From NCBI GenBank assembly GCA_000002445.1, contig CM000208.1:1184001-1248000 (forward strand): 64,000 bases of DNA, given 5' to 3'. Position numbers and translations under genes: made by a program. Under the pieces are notes generated by a model. It was not told the DNA's origin. It was given only the letters and a program-made list of their open reading frames with translations, and made no database searches. Origin of the DNA: Trypanosoma brucei (taxonomy: Eukaryota). Positions 11,863 through 21,865 of this stretch are shown here, one piece after another (positions within the stretch are counted from its first letter, which is position 1; each line of letters begins with the position of its first letter).

Positions 11863-12618
11863 CTATTTACCTTCAAGGAGTAAACGGGGGGCATCTCCGT
11901 ACACCCACCGGTGCTTGTCTTGTGCGTACTCCAGTTCGTCCGACAGGGATTTAAAAACTTTGTTGTAATCTACCGGTTGTTGAGGCCCTCCACCACTCAT
12001 TGAATTCATCATCATAGCGTTCTCGTCTGGGATGCCCCCTTCTCCGAGTAAAAGCTGAAGGACGCTGTTGGAGCCAAACATAATCAGAAAGTACATGCTG
12101 AGTGACGTCACGTAATTACAGTCGAGGTCGTCAATCTCCACGCCACGCTGCATCATCCCTCGGAACCTAGATGCAAGCACGAATGGAAACTTGGCCACGA
12201 CAAAGCCAGAGAAAAAGTAGGAGACGAGCATCATCATTCCCATGCTTGGAAGCATCGACAACACATTCCCTTTCATCATATCGCCCAGAACGGTAGGGTC
12301 ATTCATGATCTCCATAGGGTTTACCTCAATCTTTTTTTTCAAGGGCCCCTCACGCAATGCCTTTACGCGTTGCTGGAAAGCCTCCGACGGTAGTTTCCTT
12401 CCCTCCGAGAGAAGGTGCCGTGCGCAGTTGACCGTATTTGCGCAGCACATGGTCTCCATCTTGGGAGACGCGCTGGTCTTCATCAGAATAGAGGCGTAAT
12501 GCTTTAGGATTCCAACAAAAATAACCAACGCAATAAGGGGGAACAGAACCCAGTCACGGATGCTGGGGTCCAAAAGAATGTTCTGCGTCATTGCGTGTAA
12601 TCTCCTTACCCCTACCAA
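11863..12618 (-). CDS. EMC3: ER membrane protein complex subunit 3 (EMC3/DUF106 family) (251 aa)
   Basis: Collinear with EMC3: N-terminal TM (LLDPSIRDWVLFPLIALVIFVGILKHY), …DPTVLGDMMKGNV…, FSGFVVAKFPFVLASRFRGMMQRGVE, second TM region. Confidence 0.8.
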   Translation of the reverse strand: MVGVRRLHAMTQNILLDPSIRDWVLFPLIALVIFVGILKHYASILMKTSASPKMETMCCANTVNCARHLLSEGRKLPSEAFQQRVKALREGPLKKKIEVNPMEIMNDPTVLGDMMKGNVLSMLPSMGMMMLVSYFFSGFVVAKFPFVLASRFRGMMQRGVEIDDLDCNYVTSLSMYFLIMFGSNSVLQLLLGEGGIPDENAMMMNSMSGGGPQQPVDYNKVFKSLSDELEYAQDKHRWVYGDAPRLLLEGK

Positions 12619-13010
12619 CAGTTTTACTTATATCCCCTCAAATAGTGTAAAGAAATAATACACACACAAACAAGAAATGAAAGGAAAGGAAAACATATAT
12701 ATACATATATATATATATATATATTCACTTTACGTTTTGAATTTCTGCGGCACAGGCGCCAAACAGCACCAGTTATACAGCACAAGAGAACATTATTGAA
12801 TAAACGAGCGGGGGAAAAGAAAAAAAGAAGGGCCAGCAAGGTGAAAACACATAAAGGAACAGACTTATGTTCCACTGGCATATTCTTTAACGGTGCCATT
12901 CTTTTTTTTTTCCTCCAGCTGCTTTTAGAAGGGGGAGGAGTGTATAGTTACCAGGAAAATGAAACATGCTCTCCAGAGAATAAACGCGGTTGCGAGCAAA
13001 TTAGTGCGTG

Positions 13011-14351
13011 CTATTTCTCTGGTGGAGGTATTTTGCCGTCGACATGCGACCGAAAAATGTCTTCGGTAAATTGAAGAATACGTTCGCAGTACTTAAGCGG
13101 AGGTATGGTTGATAGCGTATCCATCCTCCACAAAAATGACTTGAAGAGTTTTGCGAGTTTCTTTTTAAATGTATATGGTGTTAGAACATCAATGACACCG
13201 ATGTAGTACACTTCTTGGTTGTACAAACTGAAAATCCCTTTCGAAAACTTACATTCACCTCCGCACGTCATCGTCCACTCAGGCCTGTTTTCCATCGCAC
13301 CCTCGGGAGGTCCGCAACGGGGATACGGCATGCGCATGCTCCGAAGCCGCTTCGTCGGGTTGGATATCCCCTTTTCCTCGTACGCTACGCCTATGAGAAG
13401 GGAGTAGTCCATCAACCCCACACTTGCAAGAAACTTACAATCGTCCCGAAGGGTAAGAAGAAGTTTCTCCCTTTGCTCCTTATCTAACCAAAAATAGCGT
13501 GTCAGGTCCTTATCCTTCTTCGTCGCAAGTTTGTTTTTATCAGTCGCTTTCGGCATTTCTTTCAGACCAGAGATGCCTGTCCCAGAAGGAAAATATTGCG
13601 TTGTGTCGGTGCCAGGTGTCGTACTTTGACCTGTGGTCGAATCGTATGGGTGCTGAAAAAGCTTTGCAAAGTGCTTGTATTTCCCGGGTTTTGGCCGGCG
13701 GCCCTTTAAATCCCATTTCTCATTTAGCGTGCGGCACGGCGCAAACACATCACCAAAGCAAAGTACGTAGCCTAATTCTCCCCGAAACTCCACACGAAGA
13801 AGCATATAAAATCGCATCAACAGGGTATTAGAATGTTCACGAAAATGTTTCGCGTAACGCGGAAGCAAATGGAGCAACACGTCTACTTCGACCTTTGCAA
13901 TGATTTTACACAACAGGTACTTGGATTTCGACTCGAGAAATAGCGCCATAGAGCGGCCCTCACTGAGCTCGAGGTCCTGTCGCTCATTCGGTAGATCCCA
14001 CTCATCAGCAAATGTCTTCTTGTCAAAGCCGTCAAGTTTCCGCAAAAGGTAAAACACATCGGGGGCGTACTCGTACACATTCATGGGTTCCTTACCATTG
14101 CCATAAGGACACAGAACACTTAGCCGTCGCCCATTACGGCATTTTTCTTCAGTGATATGCTCTAACGCTACCGTATCGCCTTCACGTTTGTTACCTTCCT
14201 GTTCTTTTTCTGCGTCCTCGGTGAGTTTTGAGCGCTCCTCGTGCTCTTCACCCGATGGCTTGCTCGCATACTTAAGGGCAGCGGCGACCTGCCGGCCAGT
14301 GAGTCCCTTGCCACTCGTAGCCGCACCACAAACCGCCTGGCATGAACCCAT
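13011..14351 (-). CDS. Phosphatidylinositol-4-phosphate 5-kinase-like (PIPK) (446 aa)
   Basis: PIPK catalytic blocks (…FYLLRKL…, MDYSLLIGV, YYIGVIDVLTPYTFKKKLAK); N-terminus MGSCQAV fits myristoylation/palmitoylation motif. Confidence 0.8.
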   Translation of the reverse strand: MGSCQAVCGAATSGKGLTGRQVAAALKYASKPSGEEHEERSKLTEDAEKEQEGNKREGDTVALEHITEEKCRNGRRLSVLCPYGNGKEPMNVYEYAPDVFYLLRKLDGFDKKTFADEWDLPNERQDLELSEGRSMALFLESKSKYLLCKIIAKVEVDVLLHLLPRYAKHFREHSNTLLMRFYMLLRVEFRGELGYVLCFGDVFAPCRTLNEKWDLKGRRPKPGKYKHFAKLFQHPYDSTTGQSTTPGTDTTQYFPSGTGISGLKEMPKATDKNKLATKKDKDLTRYFWLDKEQREKLLLTLRDDCKFLASVGLMDYSLLIGVAYEEKGISNPTKRLRSMRMPYPRCGPPEGAMENRPEWTMTCGGECKFSKGIFSLYNQEVYYIGVIDVLTPYTFKKKLAKLFKSFLWRMDTLSTIPPLKYCERILQFTEDIFRSHVDGKIPPPEK

Positions 14352-15706
14352 CCGTGCAGATCACCGGAAAGGGGTGAAAGCAAGCAAAAAATAAGGGGGC
14401 AAACAACGAAAAAGGGACGAAACCTATATGTATATATAGGGGGACAAACCTGTACCTTTATATACAACAATGCAAGCAAACGAGGATAAATTGGAAACTG
14501 GTTTTCTAGCTGCCTTCTGGGACCTTGCTTCCTTTATTTTGTAGTACTCATTCACAACAAAAACCCTCCTTTTGAAAAGAAAAAAAGAGACGGGGAATAA
14601 ATTGGTAGATCCGGGGGGGGAAATCATCATAGAGTTAAACAAAAACAACAGACGAGAGTGGACAAAAAAATGGGTAACTAGAGACTATATGCAACGGTAA
14701 ATGTGGGTGGTTGTCTGACAACGCAAAACTTACGTGACTTTAATCCCCTCCCCAAACTTTCTCATCATTTCAACCCACAGTCAGCAGGAAAAGCAAAAAC
14801 AATATATGCCACCGACTTTATCAATTGCCCACAACCGCAACATTCAAAACTGGCGGTAACCATGACCAGACGGCTGGAAACTTCAACAAATATAAAGAAC
14901 CAATCGTGAGGGTGAAGCTAACGGCTCAGCTTACGCAACACTGAGTACCTTGCACATATGCGAAAAGGCAAGAAAAGATATCTGAAAAACTCATGTGAAG
15001 GCTCCGGCTCAACTCATTGGAACAATTTAGTGAACTCCTTCTAACGCTCGGTACGTTTTTTTCCCGGTCCAACCACCAACAGCAGAAGTGCCACCGTCAC
15101 CACCATATGGGGAAAGAAAAATCAGTAAAATCAACAGTCGAGTCCATAAAGAAGAGATAGATGTAGCACCCGGGTAAAAGATCAATAACTGATAGCACAC
15201 ACACAAGAGGGGGGAAAGAAAAAAAAGGAAAAAGAAGAAGCGGAAAAAATTTGGACGTGGTGAAATGAACCCGAAGACAAAGTAAAAAATCCTGTGCGGT
15301 CCGCGTAGGTTGCAATAAAGGTGAAGGAAAGAAAATATTTACCGCAAATAGACTGCACTGCACCGAAAGCGCGTCAAACAAGATTAGTAAAACGACGTCC
15401 GAATTGAAAAATATGCGGTTCCACGCCCACAACAAAAACAGAAAGACACGCCAGGTATGTGACATACCCCCTCGCGGCTATGGATTCCGGCGCGGGCAAA
15501 GGGAAACAACAATCCGAAAAAAAAAAAGGCAATGCATATCAGACTCACTTGCACCGTTTTTCAACGCTCAATCGGTACCTCAAGAAGAGATAACGAAAAG
15601 GCAGCGATTTTTATTTTTTATTTTTGCAAAAGTGCGCTAAAGAGAAGGGGAACCTCACAGGTGCAGAAGGAACCGCCACCAGGTTTGCCCGATGTACTCT
15701 AACGCA

Positions 15707-17383
15707 TCAGTAGCCCCCCTGGTCCCCAAATCGCCTCTGAATGTCGCCATTGAACGGGTTCTCAGTAGGTAAGATGCCGAGGTCTTGCATTTTCGCAAAT
15801 ACGCGAGCCCCCATAAGCGCTGTGGCGATTTGAGAAGGATGGAAACCATCAACCGGGTTAACAAGTTTCCATAGGGGGCCTTCGAAACTGCTAACGACTT
15901 CGCCAATAACGTCGCCAAGTGCATGGACTTTAATGTTTTCTAAATCAGTTGATTCATCCACGACGCGTGATATCATTGCATTCATTGCGCTGGCTCGCTC
16001 CCACGTCTCGTTCCGCACCGATTCGTTCGAGTTAAGCCACCCCCAGCAGGGCGAAACCTGCAGACAGTTCAAGTAATCATACAGATTACCGTACGTTACG
16101 TCGCTGTTGAGGGTGCCGATGGGATGGATCCGATTAACGATGCTGCCAATTGCAGCGCGTGCATCCACAAGAGAAACTATAAGAACATGGCTTCCGGGTG
16201 GTAAGAAGGAGTCCGCTTTCTTCACTGCCTCAGAAAGGCTATGGTAGTAATCAAGTGGGGTGGGTGCATCCTGCGGCCGAGGGCACACATCGTTCCCAAC
16301 CATAGAAAAGAAGACATAAGCGGGTTTCACACTCTCGGAACGGTTTCTGGCGACTGAGTCCAAAATAGAAAGAATACTTCCACTCCTAGCACCATTATGT
16401 CCCAGATTTTGATAATCACGGTGATTACATCGATTCAGCTCCACAAGTTTACTGTAAACCGATGCCATCGGCCCATCGACGTCCGGTTCATATCTTGTAG
16501 AGTTGGCGAAACCAGTTAAGCCGGAGAGCATCGGCCAGTCTATCTCATTGTCAAGTACAGGTATTATATTAGCAACCGCCTCTGAGGAAAGATCAAGTAT
16601 CGAAACATATCCTAAGGGAATACCAAAGTCGGCCGTTGCGCTGTCTCCGACCGCAATGACGCCCATGGGAGATGAGTTGCTGCACCACAATTCCTCATAA
16701 GTTTTTTTGCTCGATTCTTCCACGCCGTAGATGCCGTTGCAATTCTCATCCCTCTGGGAGTCAGTACTGTTCCGACCTGGGTACACCCGTGCATCGTCGT
16801 CATCACAATCGCGCCCCCTCCAATCCGTTCCACGTTTCGTTGGGTATGTTGAGAATCGATCCCCATCTTTATCATGTGCGGAATCTTCAAACAAAGGCCG
16901 GCAAAGAGTTGGGAACGTTCGGCAGGCATCCACCAATTTCCTGCCATCCAGGCGGTAAGCACTTCGTAGCTTATGTAAAGGCAAGGTGTCATTTTTGTCA
17001 GGCGGGAAGAGAATGCACTCTTCAGTATCGCAGTACTTCATTATCTGGCAAACTTTATCAGGTGTCCTTCCCTCATCAATCAACTGCAATGCCCCTTCCA
17101 ACAGAATGAGAGAAGCGGTCTTACAAAGGACGGCTTCAGCAGACCTGAAGAAGCTGCAAAAAAGGCCCAGAGCGTCCTTGGCTGGTATTTGATGTAGCTG
17201 ACCCAGTTGAGAGACCGTGGCAACTACGGCAGTACAGAGTACACACCCCCAGGTGTCTGAAGAACCCAGTGACTTGCTCTCCCTCGCTTCGGCTTTCGCA
17301 GTGTGGATGGACGGGCACACAACGGTTAGTTGCAGAAGCGCTGTGAACAAAAGCAGTTTGTAAAATATATAGAGTCGACTCAT
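15707..17383 (-). CDS. Secreted saposin-like + GDSL lipase/acylhydrolase (acyloxyacyl-hydrolase-like architecture) (558 aa)
   Basis: Hydrophobic signal peptide; saposin-B-like Cys pattern (CVLCTAV…FCSFF…LCK…CQIMKYC); GDSL block I (VIAVGDSATADFGIP) and block V (DGFHPSQ). Confidence 0.7.
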   Translation of the reverse strand: MSRLYIFYKLLLFTALLQLTVVCPSIHTAKAEARESKSLGSSDTWGCVLCTAVVATVSQLGQLHQIPAKDALGLFCSFFRSAEAVLCKTASLILLEGALQLIDEGRTPDKVCQIMKYCDTEECILFPPDKNDTLPLHKLRSAYRLDGRKLVDACRTFPTLCRPLFEDSAHDKDGDRFSTYPTKRGTDWRGRDCDDDDARVYPGRNSTDSQRDENCNGIYGVEESSKKTYEELWCSNSSPMGVIAVGDSATADFGIPLGYVSILDLSSEAVANIIPVLDNEIDWPMLSGLTGFANSTRYEPDVDGPMASVYSKLVELNRCNHRDYQNLGHNGARSGSILSILDSVARNRSESVKPAYVFFSMVGNDVCPRPQDAPTPLDYYHSLSEAVKKADSFLPPGSHVLIVSLVDARAAIGSIVNRIHPIGTLNSDVTYGNLYDYLNCLQVSPCWGWLNSNESVRNETWERASAMNAMISRVVDESTDLENIKVHALGDVIGEVVSSFEGPLWKLVNPVDGFHPSQIATALMGARVFAKMQDLGILPTENPFNGDIQRRFGDQGGY

Positions 17384-17648
17384 TTTTCCAGGCTGTGGAA
17401 AGGGGGTCTTAATTAGCTAGCGCTATTTAAAGCGGCGCTTCCAGAATGAAAAAAAAGTCTGGAGGCGAAGAAAGGGTGTTTCACGGCTATCAAAAAAAAA
17501 AAAAAGAAGAGGCAGCAATAAGGCGTCGATTAGTCCGTTACATCTGAGACAGTTACAATTTTTATCGCAAAACAACCACAACCATCCATCCTTAAAACCG
17601 CCTGCAATCCATGTGCACAAACCAAAAAGAGGTACACCACATCATGTA

Positions 17649-18059
17649 TTACTTCCCCTTCTGCAACTTTAACAGCAATTTTTCCTTTACTGAAGTTTTG
17701 ACCGTGGGTGCCTCCACTGCGACAGTGTTGCCGAAGATGGCGGTGGCTTCTTCACGTTTCCGCTTATGCGACATGATTTGCTGCAACACGTATGCCTCTT
17801 GATCCTCAGCTGACTTTCTTGTCGGTCCATTCGGTCCTGGAGTGTTAGGCAGCGGATCAAGGGCGCTTACCGCGGTGCTCCTATCGATGTTGCCGACCCT
17901 GCTCCCGGCTATACCACTGTCCTCTCCGGTTCCACGACCAAACACCTTCTCACGAAGCGCACGCCGCCGCTGTTCACGCCACGCCACCGGGTCCTTACAC
18001 AACTCCAGTAAATCTGGGTTGACATCTTGAAGCGAACCATCATCCCCATCGTGGGACAT
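17649..18059 (-). CDS. Hypothetical small protein (~136 aa from Met at 18059; ORF track extends to 18182)
   Basis: ORF in array orientation; acidic N-terminus, basic C-terminus; no family recognised. Confidence 0.3.
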   Translation of the reverse strand: MSHDGDDGSLQDVNPDLLELCKDPVAWREQRRRALREKVFGRGTGEDSGIAGSRVGNIDRSTAVSALDPLPNTPGPNGPTRKSAEDQEAYVLQQIMSHKRKREEATAIFGNTVAVEAPTVKTSVKEKLLLKLQKGK

Positions 18060-18555
18060 CGCCCTAATACTACGCAGTATAAAAGGGCAAGGATGCAGCG
18101 GCGTCAGGCAGCAGATAAGTGTCCCCACACTCACCACGCAGGGACACACAAATGGGGGAGGAACAGTTCGCAACAATACCAAACGATACTATGAGCATAT
18201 AAACCTGTCACACACGAAAATCCCACTGGAGGAGAACGTGGCACACAAATTCGACCCCGCTCAGATGGTAAACCAGACAGTGACATCTCACTTTACAAAA
18301 AACTCAAAAAGAACGCAGCAGATGACAAATCGTCACGGCAATTTCACAATATGAGGTGGGCGGAGAATGGATGAAGGAAAGAGATAGTAGTCATAACGGT
18401 GGGCTCATTGTAACTATGACATGTTGTATTCGTAAATAATCATACGGTAAGGTCACCAAAAATAATACGTGTTGGAATCACTGCACAATAAACCGTCTGA
18501 CAGCCTATTCCTATGTACTAGCCAAGATGGGAAAGGTAATACATACGCACATGCG

Positions 18556-18643
18556 AAATTGCTCAGTCGGTAAGTCATGTAACATCTCACTTTACAAAAA
18601 ACTCAAAAAGAACGCAGCAGATGACAAATCGTCACGGCAATTT
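18556..18643 (-). ncRNA. Candidate C/D-box snoRNA (88 nt), copy 1
   Basis: Minus strand reads 5'-AAAUUGCc-GUGACGA-(63 nt)-CUGA-GCAAUUU-3': C-box-like GUGACGA (one mismatch to RUGAUGA), D box CUGA, perfect 7-bp terminal stem; on the transcribed strand. Confidence 0.45.
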
Positions 18644-18854
18644 CACAATATGAGGTGGGTGGAGAATGGATGAAGGAAAGAGATAGTAGTCATAACGGTG
18701 GGCTCATTGTAACTATGACATGTTGTATTCGTAAATAATCATGCGGTAAGGTCACCAAAAATAATACGTGTTGGAATCACTGCACAATAAACCGTCTGAC
18801 AGCCTATTCCTATGTACTAGCCAAGATGGGAAAGGTAATACATACGCACATGCG

Positions 18855-18942
18855 AAATTGCTCAGTCGGTAAGTCATGTAACATCTCACTTTACAAAAAA
18901 CTCAAAAAGAACGCAGCAGATGACAAATCGTCACGGCAATTT
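18855..18942 (-). ncRNA. Candidate C/D-box snoRNA (88 nt), copy 2
   Basis: Identical C box/D box/terminal-stem arrangement one repeat period (299 bp) downstream of copy 1. Confidence 0.45.
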
Positions 18943-19658
18943 CACAATATGAGGTGGGCGGAGAATGGATGAAGGAAAGAGATAGTAGTCATAACGGTGG
19001 GCTCATTGTAACTATGACATGTTGTATTCGTAAATAATCATGCGGTAAGGTCACCAAAAATAATACGTGTTGGAATCACTGCACAATAAACCGTGTGACA
19101 GCCTATTCCTATGTACTAGCCAAGATGGGAAAGGCAGACGTATAAACCCAATGCCGCTCAGTTTCTTGTGTCTCAGTGACATCCTACTTTAAACGTCAGT
19201 TCAAACAGAACGCATTTATTGACAGGGCATCATAGCGGCGATCAAACTAAGGTAGCGCAGTGACAGCTAACTCATTGTAACTATAACATGTTATATTCGT
19301 AAATAATCATACGGTAAGGTCACCAAAAACAATACGTGTTGGAACCGCAGCTTGGTGCAATAACTTGGAAAATCACAGCTCCCAGTATCTAGCCGTAAGA
19401 TCGGTACCAACCGTGGCGGCTCCGCAACCGTTGGTACCGACGCTACCGGGGCAGGGCAACGTCCGTTACAGGCATAACGCTGCAGCGATCCTTTGGCAAG
19501 CAAAGCTACGGAAAAAAGAAACACAACCAAGAGATGTGCCACCATGCGCTCGAAAGTTTATGAGTTCAGTAAACAGTCGGACAAAAGAGACTATCCCTAC
19601 ATCTCAAGCACATTAACACACGGTGGGGTTGCACAGGCCTGTACAAAACGTAATTATG

Positions 19659-19661
<3 letters not shown>

Positions 19662-19698
<37 letters not shown>
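19662..19698. repeat. (AT)n microsatellite
   Basis: ~18 AT units read directly; second (AT)n at 19975-20004. Confidence 0.95.
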
Positions 19699-19701
<3 letters not shown>

Positions 19702-19970
19702 CTGCTGTGACCTAAAGAAAAAAGTGAATAGAAAGAACGGGAAAACCGAAAGGCAGGGACGTCGATGTGTGACAGAAGGAGATGCCCTCTACCGACCCAC
19801 CCGCTCATCCATCCTAGAACGTATAAGATTTTGTACATTCCAGCCACGGCAGCACGCTCCTAGCAACCAAGAAAAATAAAATGTAGTTTGTGCAAACGGT
19901 TATGCAGCGTCCCCACCACCAAAAAAGAAAAAGGTAAACCAAAGCAAACAAAGGCGGGGGAGCATAAACG

Positions 19971-20009
<39 letters not shown>

Positions 20010-20084
20010 GGGGGACCAACAAGAGCCCTCGCAAGTACTTGAAACGAAACTAAAGGAGAAATAAGGGAAAGCACAGGCCCACAC

Positions 20085-21830
20085 CTACGCAGAAGAACAT
20101 TGACTTGTATCCAATAACTGATACGGATCGTACCAAATCGGAACCGACACACCCCCGAGGTCCACACCCGCAGCTTTACGAAGAGCCTTACGCCACTCCG
20201 CCTGACCGTCCTCGCAATACTTCGCCTTGCGGTCCATGAAGTTGTTTACGTCCCCCTCCGCTTCAGGATCCGGTAGCGTAAGAAACTCCGTAGGAAGCCG
20301 CCTGCAGCGGGAATTGGAAACACAGAGCTGGGGCTTGACCGAGTGTCCATCGCTGGAAGCTACTTTTTGCTCGAGCCCCTCGCGGCCCGTTGGCGGACGC
20401 TTCACACGGGCAGGTTGCTCTAGATCCCGATGCGAAGGCATGAGCACGTACCGAGCTTCGAGCTCCCTCACTAAGTTTGTCCACTTCTCACGCTCTCCCT
20501 TTGGAATTACTTCGATGTTCCGAAGCCAGTCCAGGTTCCGCCGGCCTCGGCCGTTCAGGTCACGCAGCCATGACTGGCGACTCTCGGTACCCCATGACAT
20601 AAGTCGCATCCGGAGCAGCTTCTCCACAAGACCAAAAAGAAATTTAAATTGGCATCCCCACTTGGGTTCACCCACGAAACGTCGCAGGACAGCTATTCCA
20701 CCGTTACCTTCAAACGAACGTTGAATGCTCTCGTCAGATTCCACAATGATGTCCGTTAAACTTTCTGCCTGCTCGGCGGAGTCACATACCTGACATAGAC
20801 GAACAAAAGTCAGTACCATGTTTGATCTATCCTCTCCCAATCCCCTCGCTGAAGGGCTCCCCATGATTTGTGTCAATTTTTCCCTCCAGCGTGTTCGTCT
20901 AGGTGAAAAGTCGTCTACCTGTTTTGCCATAGCGGGTACGACAGGGTGTTCCATGTTTATCCTCTGCTGGATTCTAGTGGCTGGTGGATAACACATGCTA
21001 CTGGCGTGTGAGTTCGAGCAGGAAGGAGTGGAATCCGTAACCCCTCCCATGCTCTCGCCTCTGGATGTACCGTCCGTGTTAGCGAGTACGGTAACCTCCG
21101 TTGTTTTCATACTTAGCCACGATCCACTCCGGAGGTAGTTTTCTACACCTTGGCGCCTGTGGGAAGCGGATGGGAAGCGCACATTCGACGCCATGCTAAG
21201 GTTTTGGTATCGTGTCCCCCCTTTCCGCCAGTCAAGGAACTTTGTATGATATGTTTGCTCCGAAAAGACACCCCCAGGTATACCCGATTCGGAGATTAGG
21301 AAATAAATAAACTGTTTGACCACCTCGTCCCACTTGGGGCGGTTTTCTTCAGATATGACATCGTAGAGTAACTTTAACATGTCGCAGCTAGTCGCGTAAG
21401 AGATCGCCAGTCCGCTCTTGTTTCCCCATGTATACCGGGGTTTTTTTACACCATTCTTCACCGCCTGAACAGCCTGCTTTTCATACTCCAAACGTACCTG
21501 TTGAAGGAACATCTCAACAGCCACTCGAAAATAGTCAACAACTCTGTAATGGCCGTCTGGAAAACTATCATAGTTGGAAGCAACATACCGGACTACGTTA
21601 CGCGCAGAAGGGGAAACATGAATAACACTATCGTCGGGTTTTAGGAACTGTAGATTTGGGTTTCGCTTAACATTGCGGAACACTGGGTCATGACCGGAAA
21701 CTGAGGAAGTTTCACCAGAGAAAACGCTCGTTGCACCCTCTGATATCTGTCTGCTAGTGCGGGAACCGACTGAGCTTGGCGCGCTACTCAGAGAACTCTT
21801 ATATGAAGTGTCATACCCCGACGAACCCAT
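20085..21830 (-). CDS. Hypothetical protein (~581 aa from MGSSGYD… at 21830; ORF track over-extends to 22052 into a repeat element)
   Basis: Long ORF in array orientation; polypyrimidine tract + AG on coding strand just upstream of Met 21830; no family recognised. Confidence 0.5.
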   Translation of the reverse strand: MGSSGYDTSYKSSLSSAPSSVGSRTSRQISEGATSVFSGETSSVSGHDPVFRNVKRNPNLQFLKPDDSVIHVSPSARNVVRYVASNYDSFPDGHYRVVDYFRVAVEMFLQQVRLEYEKQAVQAVKNGVKKPRYTWGNKSGLAISYATSCDMLKLLYDVISEENRPKWDEVVKQFIYFLISESGIPGGVFSEQTYHTKFLDWRKGGTRYQNLSMASNVRFPSASHRRQGVENYLRSGSWLSMKTTEVTVLANTDGTSRGESMGGVTDSTPSCSNSHASSMCYPPATRIQQRINMEHPVVPAMAKQVDDFSPRRTRWREKLTQIMGSPSARGLGEDRSNMVLTFVRLCQVCDSAEQAESLTDIIVESDESIQRSFEGNGGIAVLRRFVGEPKWGCQFKFLFGLVEKLLRMRLMSWGTESRQSWLRDLNGRGRRNLDWLRNIEVIPKGEREKWTNLVRELEARYVLMPSHRDLEQPARVKRPPTGREGLEQKVASSDGHSVKPQLCVSNSRCRRLPTEFLTLPDPEAEGDVNNFMDRKAKYCEDGQAEWRKALRKAAGVDLGGVSVPIWYDPYQLLDTSQCSSA

Positions 21831-21865
21831 GTTAAGCGCTCTAACACACCTACAACAAAAAAGAG

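Larger units (their letters stand above)
18258..19345. repeat. Tandem array, unit ~299-300 bp, ~3.6 copies (copies 2-3 near-identical, terminal copies divergent)
   Basis: Same ~300-bp unit read directly at 18283, 18583, 18882 (catctcactttacaaaaaactcaaaaagaacgcagcagatgac…); degenerate copy 19190-19345; no ORF in any frame. Confidence 0.9.
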
